This document shows positions 38,321 to 48,800 of a DNA stretch of 54,525 nucleotides, piece by piece. The position numbers and the translations under genes are program-made. How positions within the stretch are numbered: the first letter of the stretch is position 1; the number at the start of each line of letters is the position of its first letter. Under the pieces are notes generated by a model. That model made no database searches. It worked only from the letters and a program-made list of their open reading frames with translations, and was not told the DNA's origin. The stretch comes from Candidatus Woesearchaeota archaeon UBA489. Lineage in GTDB: Archaea > Nanobdellota > Nanobdellia > SCGC-AAA011-G17 > UBA489. The stretch is from the NCBI GenBank assembly GCA_002505585.1, contig DAVM01000020.1, positions 1 to 54,525 on the forward strand. The letters are read 5' to 3'.

Positions 38321-39415
38321 ATGACAAAAGAAAAGAATAAAGCTATTGAATTGATTCGTGATCAAGCTAATAATATTTATCAAAAAATCTTGAAGAGAAA
38401 AAAGCCTGAGATGAAGTTTCCTTTACGTTCTTTGAATAATGTTAAGTATGATACTAAGAAAGGGTTTTTTGAATTAATTGGAAAACATAAAGTTCGTGCA
38501 TTAACTGTGAATACTGTTAAAGGCTTCGCGCAGACTTTACGTATGATGACTTTATCTAAGCAATTAGTTGGTGCTAATGATATTGCTACTAAAAGAGAGG
38601 CTTATTATGTTTCCAAAAATTGGGGTGATGCTCGTTTTAGCGAACAAGTAGAGTCTGATACTGTTTTAGACGATATTGAAGCTATGTTTATGTTAAACCG
38701 TGAGCAACTTGGTTTTATTCCTGAAGAAAAAGGTGGAGATATTGCTGGTGAATTAATTGTTGTTGATAAAGATCCTAATACTGGAAAAGAAATCAAGATT
38801 GATTGTACTAAGTTTGGTTCTGGTGCTTATTCTATTCCAACTTCTGTTGAACAATTAAAGTTTGAAACTAAGGCTAAGTTTATTTTGGCTATTGAAACTG
38901 CTGGTATGTTTCAGCGTTTAGTTAAGCATGGGTATTACAAAAAAACAAATTGTATTTTAATTTCTATGGGTGGTGTTCCAACACGAGCTTGTAGAAGATT
39001 TATTAGAAGATTGTCTGATTCTAAAAAATTACCTGTCTACGCTTTTGTTGACGGTGACTTTTATGGTTGGATGAATATTTATCGTACTTTGAAAGTTGGT
39101 AGTGGTAATGCTGCTCACATTAATGAATATTTTTGTGTTCCTAAAGCTAAATTATTTGGTATTACTGCTGAAGATATTACTAAATATAAATTACCTACTC
39201 ATCCTTTGAAAGATGTTGATATTAAGCGTGGCAAGGATGCTTTGAAAAATGATCCTTTTGTACATCAACATCCTGAATGGCAAAAAGCTATTCAAGATAT
39301 GATCAAGTTAGGGAAAAGAGCAGAGCAGCAAGCGCTTGCAGCTTGGGGTCTAAATTATGTTATGGAAAAATATTTACCTGATAAGTTAAAGAATTCTAAA
39401 AGTTGGTTACCTTAA
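38321..39415 (+). CDS. top6A: DNA topoisomerase VI subunit A
   Basis: TKREAYY catalytic Tyr, AIETAGMF, DGDFYG, KRAEQQA. Confidence 0.96.
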   Translation: MTKEKNKAIELIRDQANNIYQKILKRKKPEMKFPLRSLNNVKYDTKKGFFELIGKHKVRALTVNTVKGFAQTLRMMTLSKQLVGANDIATKREAYYVSKNWGDARFSEQVESDTVLDDIEAMFMLNREQLGFIPEEKGGDIAGELIVVDKDPNTGKEIKIDCTKFGSGAYSIPTSVEQLKFETKAKFILAIETAGMFQRLVKHGYYKKTNCILISMGGVPTRACRRFIRRLSDSKKLPVYAFVDGDFYGWMNIYRTLKVGSGNAAHINEYFCVPKAKLFGITAEDITKYKLPTHPLKDVDIKRGKDALKNDPFVHQHPEWQKAIQDMIKLGKRAEQQALAAWGLNYVMEKYLPDKLKNSKSWLP

Positions 39416-40215
39416 TAGAAGCTATAAGGATCTAATTGGCCACAAATAATTTTCTCTCTTTGCTCTAGAGTCGTTTTAGGAGGACAGAAGCCGAATTCTT
39501 CCCATATAGCTAATTTTGTTAAGTGTTTTGGGTTTTTAGAACCAATCAGTTCCATCCATGTTTTAAGATTTTTCTTTCCAGATAGTGCCACACTACTCCC
39601 TACATATTCTTTTTTAGTTTTTTTATTGTACACTTTATCGTTGTAACGATCATGATAGGAAAAATTGAAATTCTTAAGGATGTTTACTAGGTCTCTTATA
39701 AAATAAGGGTTTCTAAAACTTATTCTAATAACAGGATATTTGTGAAGTTTGCTTTTGTCTTTAGCTTTAAATGTAATTGTACCATCTGTATCTAAGATTC
39801 CTCTTAAAAAGTTAGTTTTTAATTTTTTAGCAGCTGAAAGAATAAATAAAGGAAATCCTTTTGCATAATTTTTATTTCCTATTGGCAGATCACTCTCTTT
39901 CAAAAAATGAAAGATTGCTTTAGAATAAATGCAGAGTCTTACTTCATTCTTCTTTAAAAATAATGTTTTGAACTTAACAGAAAATAATCTTTCAAAAATG
40001 CTCTGAATGTGTATTTGATAATAGCAGAAATCCTCTTTTTTATGTCCAGATAGAACCATTCTATATGTTGTGCTTTTTGGTCTTTTGCAATAATTGATGT
40101 TTCCATCCCCTATCATTGCACCTACAAACTCTGCTAATAAATAATTTTCTTTAGAAGGGATAGTCACACTTTTTTTGAGATCTTTTCTACTAAAATTCTT
40201 ATTTTTTAAACTCAT
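39412..40215 (-). mobile_element. Free-standing double-motif LAGLIDADG endonuclease
   Basis: LAEFVGAMIGDG and FLRGILDTDG; no intein termini; TATA-like element at 40237-40244. Confidence 0.85.
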
Positions 40216-40371
40216 ATATTTCTAACAATAAAGCAGTTTATATACTCTCAGAGGGTACTTGAGATATAAGAATTGTTTTCAACATATATTTAGAGGTTTT
40301 CCGGCTTATTTGAAGAACTTCCGAAATAAGAAACTTTTTAAACTACTTCTTAACTTAAGTTTATTTAGTAT

Positions 40372-40446
40372 GCCACCGTAGCACAACGGTTGTGCACCGC
40401 TCTTGTAAAGCGGAGGTTGTGGGTTCAAATCCCTCCGGTGGCTCCA
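40372..40446 (+). tRNA. tRNA-Thr(UGU), CCA encoded
   Basis: GCCACCG/CGGTGGC acceptor, GCAC/GTGC D stem, CCGCT-CT-TGT-AA-AGCGG anticodon arm, TTCAAAT T loop, U73. Confidence 0.93.
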
Positions 40447-40458
40447 TTTTTATCTTTC

Positions 40459-40559
40459 GGGCCCGTGGTCTAGAGTTCTTGTAGTCTACAAGGATGGACA
40501 ATAGCTATGACGCTTCCTTGACTTGGAAGAAATCGCAGGTGCAATTCCTGCCGGGCCCA
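40459..40559 (+). tRNA. tRNA-Val(GAC) with about 26-28 extra nt in the D loop
   Basis: GGGCCCG/CGGGCCC acceptor, GTC/GAC D stem, CTTCC-TT-GAC-TT-GGAAG, GCAGG-TGCAATT-CCTGC, A73; total 101 nt. Confidence 0.8.
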
Positions 40560-40696
40560 TTTTTTTGAGTTTTTTTCAAAACATTTATATACTCTTCCTT
40601 CTCAAATAAATTAAGGTTTTAAAGCCTTTATAGGGAATAAAAGAGGCTGAAAATAGCTTTAAAGAGAAAAAAGAGGTTTTTAAGGGTTTATTTCAT

Positions 40697-40891
40697 ATGA
40701 TTCCTTCGGAAAAAGAGCTTGTTGAGTTTATTAGGAAAAGGGATTTGGTTAACTTTAGTTTAATCGCTAAATTCTTCGATATAAAGAACGCTACTGTTTC
40801 TGATTTAGTTCTTCCTTTGCAAAAGAAGAAGCTTATTGAGATTAAGAAATTGGGGGGCTCAAAGGTTGTTCGTTTGAGGAAGAAAAAATGA
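40697..40891 (+). CDS. Small winged-helix protein
   Basis: NFSLIAKFFDIKNATVSDLVLPLQKKKLIEIKKLGGSKVVRL; stop overlaps the next start (ATGA). Confidence 0.7.
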   Translation: MIPSEKELVEFIRKRDLVNFSLIAKFFDIKNATVSDLVLPLQKKKLIEIKKLGGSKVVRLRKKK

Positions 40892-42861
40892 GGCGTGGTC
40901 AAGTTGCTGCTTTTACAATTTTAGGATTAGTTGTTGTTGCTATTTTTTCCACTGTGTATGTTTTTCGTGAAGAAATTTTTGGTGCTACTTTTGGTAGAGA
41001 AACTTCTCAAGCTTTGGCTGTTCCTCCTCAGGCTGAAAAACTTAGAGTTTTTGTTGATTCTTGTATTGGAGAAGTTGCTGAGGAAGCTTTAAGCACTTTA
41101 AGTTTGCAAGGTGGATACATTAATCTTCCTAGTGCTGATGTTCCTGCTTCACCTGTATACCCTTTCTCTAATAATTTTGATTTGTTTGGTGATAGTGGTA
41201 ATGAAGTTCCTTTTTGGTTTTTTGAGGATGCTTATGGTGTGCAACAAACACAAGTGCCTTCCTTGAGGGATATGGAAAAAGAAATTGAATCTTACATAGA
41301 TGGATTTTTATCTGTATGTATTAATGATTTTGTAACTTTTAAACAACAAGGCTATAGTATTTCCTTTACTCCTCCTAAAGCTGCTGTTACTATTGGTGAA
41401 AAGAATGTTTTGTTTTCTGTTGATTTTCCTATTGATTTTGTTGTTCGTGACTTTGATTTTAGTTTTGATACTTTTAATAAGAGAGTTAGTAGTCCTTTGC
41501 ATGAATTGCATGCTGTTGCTAAGGAAATTTTAGTTTTCGAGAATGAGAATTATTTTATTGAGGATCGTGTTTTGGAGATGATGGTTGTATATGACAACAT
41601 CCCTTTTTCTGGTGTTGATTTTGAGTGTTCTCCTAAGTCTTGGACTAAGACTGATGTATATAATGATTTAAAAAATATTATGGCTAGTAATCTTCCTGCT
41701 ATTAGGATTAAAGGTACTACTTTCACTAAGGGTGTTTCTGCTAAGTCTTTTGTTATTGATGCTTTGAAGAAGAAGCATACTTTAACTTCTTTGTTTGCTT
41801 ACAATCCTTCTTGGCCTTTGTTGATGGAGGTTGTTGGTGAGGATGGTGAGATTTTGCGTGGTGATCCTTTTACTTCTGAGAATGAGGCTAGTCAATTTTT
41901 ATTGCCTTTGTTTTGTTTGAATGATTATCATTTCGTCTACAATTTGAAGTTTCCTGTGGTTATTGCTTTAGAGAAAGAGAATACTGTTTTCCAGTTTGCT
42001 ACTTTGGCTATTGTTCAAAATAATCAGCCTAGAGAGAATAGGGCTAATATTGGTTTGTTTGATGTTGAAACTCCTATTTGTGATTATCCTAGTAAGAAAT
42101 TGAAGGTTGTTGCTGAGGGATATAGGCCTAATAGTGTTGTAAGTTCTTTAGCTGGTGCTAGTATTTCTATGAAGTGTTTGAATCAAGTTTGTAATATAGG
42201 TACTACTCAACTAGAAGGTTCTACTTTTTCTTTAACTAAGCCTGTTCCTTCGTGTTTTAATGGTTTAATGATTGCTGAAAAAGAGGGTTTTCATAGGGCT
42301 GAAAAGCTTGTGTCTACTAATCAAAATCTTGAAGAAGTTGTTGTAACTCTTGAGCCTTTGCATGAAGTTGTTATTGATGTATTAGTTGATGATGAGGGTT
42401 CTTTGCGTGAGCCTTATGCTTCTGAACAAGTATTGTTTACTTTTACTAATAAGGAACAGAAGTATGCTACTAGTGTGATATATCCTTCTCAAAAAAATGT
42501 TAAGTTGGTTGCTGGTTCTTATGAAGTTTCTTCGTCTATAACTATTGAGAGTTCTCAAGGATTTAAATTAAAGAAAAAGGATATTGAGGTTTGTAATGAT
42601 GTTCCTAAAAAGGGTGTTCTTGGTCTTGCTGGTTTGACTAAGAAAGAGTGTACTACTCATACTATTGATGCTACTACTATTAATCAGATTCCTGTTGGGG
42701 GTAGTTCTGTTGATTGGTTTGTGAATAGAGAATCTTTATTAGCTGCAACTGAAGTAACTTTATATGCTTTAAGAGGTCCTACTCCTCAGTCTATTGATGA
42801 GATTACTAAAGTGTATGAGGTTATGCGTGAAAAAGAGGTGAGACGTCCTATACTTAAATAA
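40888..42861 (+). CDS. Large protein with class III (pilin/archaellin-type) signal peptide
   Basis: MRRG|QVAAFTILGLVVVAIFSTVYVF; 657 aa, scattered Cys, beta-rich C-terminal half. Confidence 0.75.
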   Translation: MRRGQVAAFTILGLVVVAIFSTVYVFREEIFGATFGRETSQALAVPPQAEKLRVFVDSCIGEVAEEALSTLSLQGGYINLPSADVPASPVYPFSNNFDLFGDSGNEVPFWFFEDAYGVQQTQVPSLRDMEKEIESYIDGFLSVCINDFVTFKQQGYSISFTPPKAAVTIGEKNVLFSVDFPIDFVVRDFDFSFDTFNKRVSSPLHELHAVAKEILVFENENYFIEDRVLEMMVVYDNIPFSGVDFECSPKSWTKTDVYNDLKNIMASNLPAIRIKGTTFTKGVSAKSFVIDALKKKHTLTSLFAYNPSWPLLMEVVGEDGEILRGDPFTSENEASQFLLPLFCLNDYHFVYNLKFPVVIALEKENTVFQFATLAIVQNNQPRENRANIGLFDVETPICDYPSKKLKVVAEGYRPNSVVSSLAGASISMKCLNQVCNIGTTQLEGSTFSLTKPVPSCFNGLMIAEKEGFHRAEKLVSTNQNLEEVVVTLEPLHEVVIDVLVDDEGSLREPYASEQVLFTFTNKEQKYATSVIYPSQKNVKLVAGSYEVSSSITIESSQGFKLKKKDIEVCNDVPKKGVLGLAGLTKKECTTHTIDATTINQIPVGGSSVDWFVNRESLLAATEVTLYALRGPTPQSIDEITKVYEVMREKEVRRPILK

Positions 42862-42862
42862 A

Positions 42863-45800
42863 ATGAGGCAAGTTTTTGGAAAAAGAGAGAGAGCTGTATT
42901 CATTATTCTACTTATGTTCTTTTTACCTATGCAACAAGTTGTTGCTCAGCGTTCTTCTGAGTTTGAAAATTTAAAAGAGCGAACTAAAAACATTCCTCAG
43001 GATTTTAGGGATCAGGCTGAAGTTATTGGTGGACAATTAAATGACCGTTTTGATTCTGGTGTCCCTGGTGAGCTTGGTACTATTGGTGAGGATATTATTT
43101 TGCAAGTGAAGGAATATCAGCCTAAGATTATTCGTTCTTCTTTGTTGGAAGATCAGGGTGTGTTCGTGTATGCTTTATTAAGTGGTCAACCTACTAATCC
43201 TACTATTAGTATTCCTAATATTAAGAATGTTGTTATTCGGAGACAGAAGGTTACTACAAATCCTGTTGGTGCTCCTGTTTCTATTGGTCGTGTTCGTCAC
43301 ATTAAGCCTTCTCGTGCTGAGTTGAGTTTTGATAATATGGGGTATATGGTTATTCCTATTCGCCAGATTCCTAGGGAGAATGATGTTCCTGATGAGGTGC
43401 TTGTTGATGTTGATGCACGTATCTTTTTTGATGTTTCTGAGGGGTTAACTTTTGGTCCTACTAAGGATATTTTGGTTGAACAAAATAAGGATCAGTGGGC
43501 TTTAACTAAGGAGGATCATAGTTTTTATGCTGGGTTTATTCGTGTGTCTGAAATTTCTGATATTGGTGCTACTGTTGCTTTGTATGATAATAATGTGAAT
43601 GAAGTTCGTGGTTCTCCTATAGAATTAAAGGTTGGTCAAACTTCTCGTTCTTTGAGTGCTAGGTCTGAGTTTGGGTATTCTCGTACTGGGAAGATTTTTG
43701 ATAGATTTAATTTGAAGCTTGATCGTATTACTGCTTTGAGTGATAAGGCTCGTTTGATTATTTCTCGTGATGGTAAGGTTGAGACTAGGACTTTGTCTGA
43801 GGGTGAATTTTTGTATCCTGGTTCTAGTTGGTTTATTGAAAATATTATCACTGATGTTCGTGGTGAGGAGTTTACTGTTAAGTTGCGTAATCGTAATAGT
43901 TTTGGTGCATTTGGTGGTTCTGCTTCTAAGAAGTTGGCTTGTACTGATTTTTGTGAATTAAAGGCTAAGAAGTTAAAGATTAATGCTTCTTTGCCTCCTG
44001 TTCCTGCTAAAAAGCCTAAGACTGCTGTTCCTCAAGATAAAAGTCTTGTTGCTTATAAAAATATTAAAGAGAAGGAGTATGATAAGGTTGTTATTGATTT
44101 AGGTAAGGGGTTTAAGGATTATTCTAGTGTTGTAAAAAATTTGGAAAAGTTAAGAAAAGCTACTAGTCCTCTGACTTCTTTAGCTACTAAGAATTTGATT
44201 GATAATTTGTTGAAAACCATTCAGAGAGAGTATAATGCTAAACGTGTTGAAAGACAGTTGGCTATTAATCGTGATAATCATTCTATCATTACTAAAGATG
44301 TTGAAGTTATGTATGAATATATGCTTAAATTAAACCAAAAACTTGCTGGAGATAAAACTCGTTTGCCTTCTGCTCAAAAAACTGATGCTTCTGCTACTGG
44401 TTTGATTGCTTATCAGCAGGCTAGAGAAGAGTACCAAAAAGTTATTGATGGATTTACTTCTTCTAAAGATCTTGAAATTAGGAAGCATGTTGCTAAAGCT
44501 CATTGGCGTATTGCTAATTTGCCTGGTGATATTGTTAGTAAAGATTCTAGAATTCAGCATTTAGATGTTTTGCTTAATAATTTTGAAGTTATTGAGTATG
44601 ATGGGTTTACTAAACAAAATTTGGAAATCTTGTTGAAGATTTTAAAGTCTTTGCAACTTGATTACCAAAGTGTTAGTCAAGAGCTTTCTGAGCCTTCTAC
44701 TGGGGAAATTTTTTCTGTTTTGTTGGCTGGTGCTGAAAAGGCTTCTGCTAAGTTGAAGTCTCGTGCTACTTTAACTTTGGATGGTGCTAGGACTAATACT
44801 TATATTGAAGGCGAACCTCTCTTGTGGCCTGAGACTGGTTCTCCTGGTTCTATTAGGTGGAATGTTAAAGAGATTAATACAAGGAGTGTTATTATTGCTC
44901 GTGCTGATAGTGGAGAAACTATTAGAATTAATTTAAATGCTGAGGTTGATAAAGTTCCTATTTTGCCTGGTGCTGGTAATGTTCGTAAAGTTAAGTTGAT
45001 TGATACTGATGTAAAAAAAGAGGCTCATGTTACTATTAGTCCTGTTGTTGAGAGTGCTTATTCTGAGGCTATTTTTAGTTTGCATCTTCCTATTGAAAAG
45101 CGTGCTTTTGATTTGCCTCTTTTTTCTGATACTGTTGAGGAAGAGATTGTTAAGACTGAGGATTTATTGGAAGATTTGAATGAAATTGTAGAGAATGTTC
45201 GTGAGATTACTGAGTATTGGCAAAAGATTTGTTTGGTTACTTTTGGTGTGTTGTGGGCTAAAAACTTTTTAGCTGGTGCTTTTGGTAAAGGTAATGCTGC
45301 TGATGCTAGACAAAAGGTTGGTTCTATGTATAAAGAAAAGTATGCTCATTGTCAGACTCTTGATCGTTCTGATCCTGAGAGTTGTGCTGGTAAGACTTAT
45401 GAGCAGTTTGTTTTCAGTAAGCAAGCAGAGTATGAAACTGCTATTGAGCAATCTTCTAAGATTACTGAAGGTATTCAGAACTTAGAAAGTAGTGGGTATT
45501 ATACTAAACAAGAAAATTTTCCTGAATTAGGTAAAGAGTATAATGGTGCTAAGGCTGAGTTGTATTATTATGAAGAGATGAGTAAATTGCATCCTAATGA
45601 TGAGACTACTAAGACTAAGGTTTTGACTTTGAGGTCGCAGTTAAAGCATTCTGATTTAGAACGGCAGTTTTCTGATGTGTATTTTGAGGATGGTCGGTTA
45701 AAGACTTTTGATGAGTTAGGGTCTAATGCTAAAGGTATTGTAGGAGCTACTATAAATTACCCTGGATTAAAGCCTGCTCGTGATGAGTTGATTAGTAAGT

Positions 45801-48800
45801 TGTCTGATGCTGAAAAGGTAAAAATTGCTGAAGCTACTAAGAATGGTATTTTTGAACAACATGTTTGGAATACTCATGGTAAAAAATTAATTCCTTATTA
45901 CAAGGAATCTATTGTGAAACAACAGCTTGGTACTTATATTACTACTGATTTGAAAAAACAATATAGTGTTGAACAAAAGCATCTTGATAATTTATTTGAA
46001 GCTCATCGTATTAAAAATGTTGATAGTGCTTTGGTTGGTAATTTCAAGCATGCTCCTAGTTTGTCTTTTGCTACTAAGGGTAAGGGGAAAGATAATGTTG
46101 AGTTTGTTTCTATTGATGCTTTGCATTATGTGCAAGTTTCTTATCGTACTGGTGGTCGTGTTGAAAAGTATGAATTGTTCCGTCGTTCTTCTCCTAATAG
46201 TCAGATGGGTCATAGGAGTGATGTATATTTAGGTGTTGTTGATGAACAATTGTTAACTAATTATCGGAAGTCTGGCACTGATGATCATAAGTCTCTTTCC
46301 AAAAATTTGGATAATGTTCGTAGTTGTATTAGTCGTATTAATAAACAGAATAGTAAGACTAAATATTCTAGGTCTGATAAAGTGCAGACTAAACCTATTG
46401 GTTGTTCTGGTTTGGGTAATTATGTTGTTAAGAATTCTGTGCAAGGTTCTGATAGGAGTTGTACTGATTTCATGAGTCCTTCTGATTGTAAATTGTTATT
46501 CAATGCTTGTGATCCTGTTATTTGTCCTACTTCTCGTTGTAATCTTGGCGGTGATTGGCCTGTTGAGAATGTTGCTGAGACTGGTATTATTGGTAGTGCT
46601 TTGCTTTGTTTGCCTAACTTTATTGGTGTTGATAAGGATGCTGGGGTAGTTATGCCTGTTTGTTTAACTGGTATTCATGCTGGATTACAAAATATTCGTT
46701 CTATTATTGAAGGCTACCGTCAGTGTTTGATTACTGCTAAGGTTTCTGGTCGTTCTGTTGGTATTTGTGATCGTATACGTTCTTTTGGTATTTGTGAAGT
46801 GTTGTGGAAGGAGGGTATGGCTCTTGTGAGTGCTAAGGAAGGTATTTTAGGTAAGTTGATTGGTGCTTTAAGTGATGATGATGGCAGTGGTGCTTCTGGT
46901 GGTGGTGAATATTCTGCTTTCCAAGATACTTTGGATAATAGTGCTGAGAGTTTGAAGTTCTTTACTCAGTCTTATGCTAAGAATACTTTTGCTCGTTACT
47001 CTGGTGGTTCTCTTCCAGAAATTGGTACTGAGATTTGTAAGGCTGCTATTTTTAGGAAGGCTCCTGGTGTTGGTAATTTCTTTGATGAAGTTACTCGTCC
47101 TGAAAGTCCTCCTCAGTTTAATGCTTTCTTTGATGAAGTTCCTTATTCTGATATTGGTGAGCGTTCTTTGAGTCAGTATAAAATCTTTTATCATGTGTAT
47201 GCTGGTGAGACTAGTGGTGTTTCTCCTGTGACTTATAGTGTTTGGTTGCAGTCTAAGGATCCTTATACTAATGAGTTTATTTATCCTCCTCAGTTTTTGC
47301 GTGATTCTCGTGGTATTGTTCGTGGTCGTCGTTTGCCTTCTGGTGGTTTTGCTAGTGAGGCTCCTGATATGATTTTACCTACTGGTATGCAAGAAATTTG
47401 TGTTGAGATTGTTACTGACACTTATGGTCGTCGTGTTGAGTGTGGTTTTGGTAAGGTTTCTACTGGTTTTGCTTTGAATTATGTTACTGATAAATTTACT
47501 CAGGGTGAATTAAATAAAAAGATTAATAGTGCTAGTGAATGTGTTTCTAAATCTTCTACTATTGCTGATGCTGTTTCTGAGCGTGGTTTAGTTGCTGGTG
47601 TTGGTGTTGGTGTTGTTGGTACTGTTTCTAGTGGTTTTACTTCTACTGGTATTGTTAGAAAGTGTTCTAAGGTTTCTCCTGGTATTGGCGGTGATGAGGC
47701 TAAGTGGAGTCCTGTTGGTAGTTGTGGTATTGATGATCTTGATCGTGATATGGGTACTTGTTGGTTGTATGTCCCTACTGCTCAAAATTTGATTAAACAA
47801 GTTAGTGCTCGTACGCAATTCCAAAACACTTTGAATGAAACTGCTCGTCGTGTTATTGCAGAGGCTGAAAAGGCTGGTAGTCCTATTCCTGGTTTTGAGG
47901 TGTTAGAGAAAAAAGAGATTCAGACTTTGTTTGATCTTGCTAAGACTGCTCGTGAGGATGCTATTAAAACTAATGATGTTGCTAAGTTTGTTCCTGCTAG
48001 GAAGAATTATAACAAAATTAGAAGTGCTTATGCTGTTGATGAAAAGTTTGGTGCTAATGCTCAGTTCTTTTTGGCTGAGACTTATTGGGAGGAAGCTCGT
48101 ATTTTAATTGCTACTAATAGTTTGGTTAATGCTGCTGCTGCAACTATTAAGTCTATGCGTGGTGTTAGAAGAATTACTTTACCTCATCCTCCTGTGCCTA
48201 TGGCAAAGAATTCGATGGTTGAAATTGAAATTTTTGGTACTGTGCATAAGTTTGAAGTTAAGAGCATGAGTGGTGGGAAGATTACTTTAGAAGTGCGTTC
48301 TACTCCTCAAGAGTTCTTGTTGAAACAAAAAGATAAAGCTATTGAGGTTGATGTGAATGGGGATAGAAAGCCTGATATTACTATACAGTATGTTAAAGAT
48401 AAAGCTTTGAATGCTCCTGGACTTGGTGAGGTTGTTGCTGGCATGGTTTGGTTTAAAGAAATAAAAGCAAGTACTCCTGCTCCTAAAGTTCCTAAAGTTC
48501 CAAAGGATCCTAAAGACCCAAAAGATCCTACACCTAGTACTTCTGGAAAAAAGTGTACTTCTAATGGTTTTTGGGCTGATAGTGCAGGCAAACGTTTACC
48601 TACAAAATCTGGTTCTAGTCCTGAAGTTGCTACTGGCACTCCTGTTGCTATTGTAGTGAATGCAATTAATTGTAATGGGAAAACTTTGAAGGTTGGTATT
48701 GAAGAGAACGATGATTATTTTGATGAATCAGTTAGTGGTTTTCCTAAAGAGATAAAGATTGATGCTGATGGTACTGTAACAAAATTGGTTCCTTGGACTA

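Noticed and set aside
40293-40337. Imperfect hairpin CTTATTT-GAAG-AA-CTTC-CG-AAATAAG upstream of tRNA-Thr
   Set aside because: AT-rich and bulged, so compatible with chance; no recognisable RNA family.
40420-40436. U-U mismatch in the tRNA-Thr T stem as a sign of pseudogenisation
   Set aside because: A single mismatch with all other arms and the CCA intact is tolerated in functional tRNAs.
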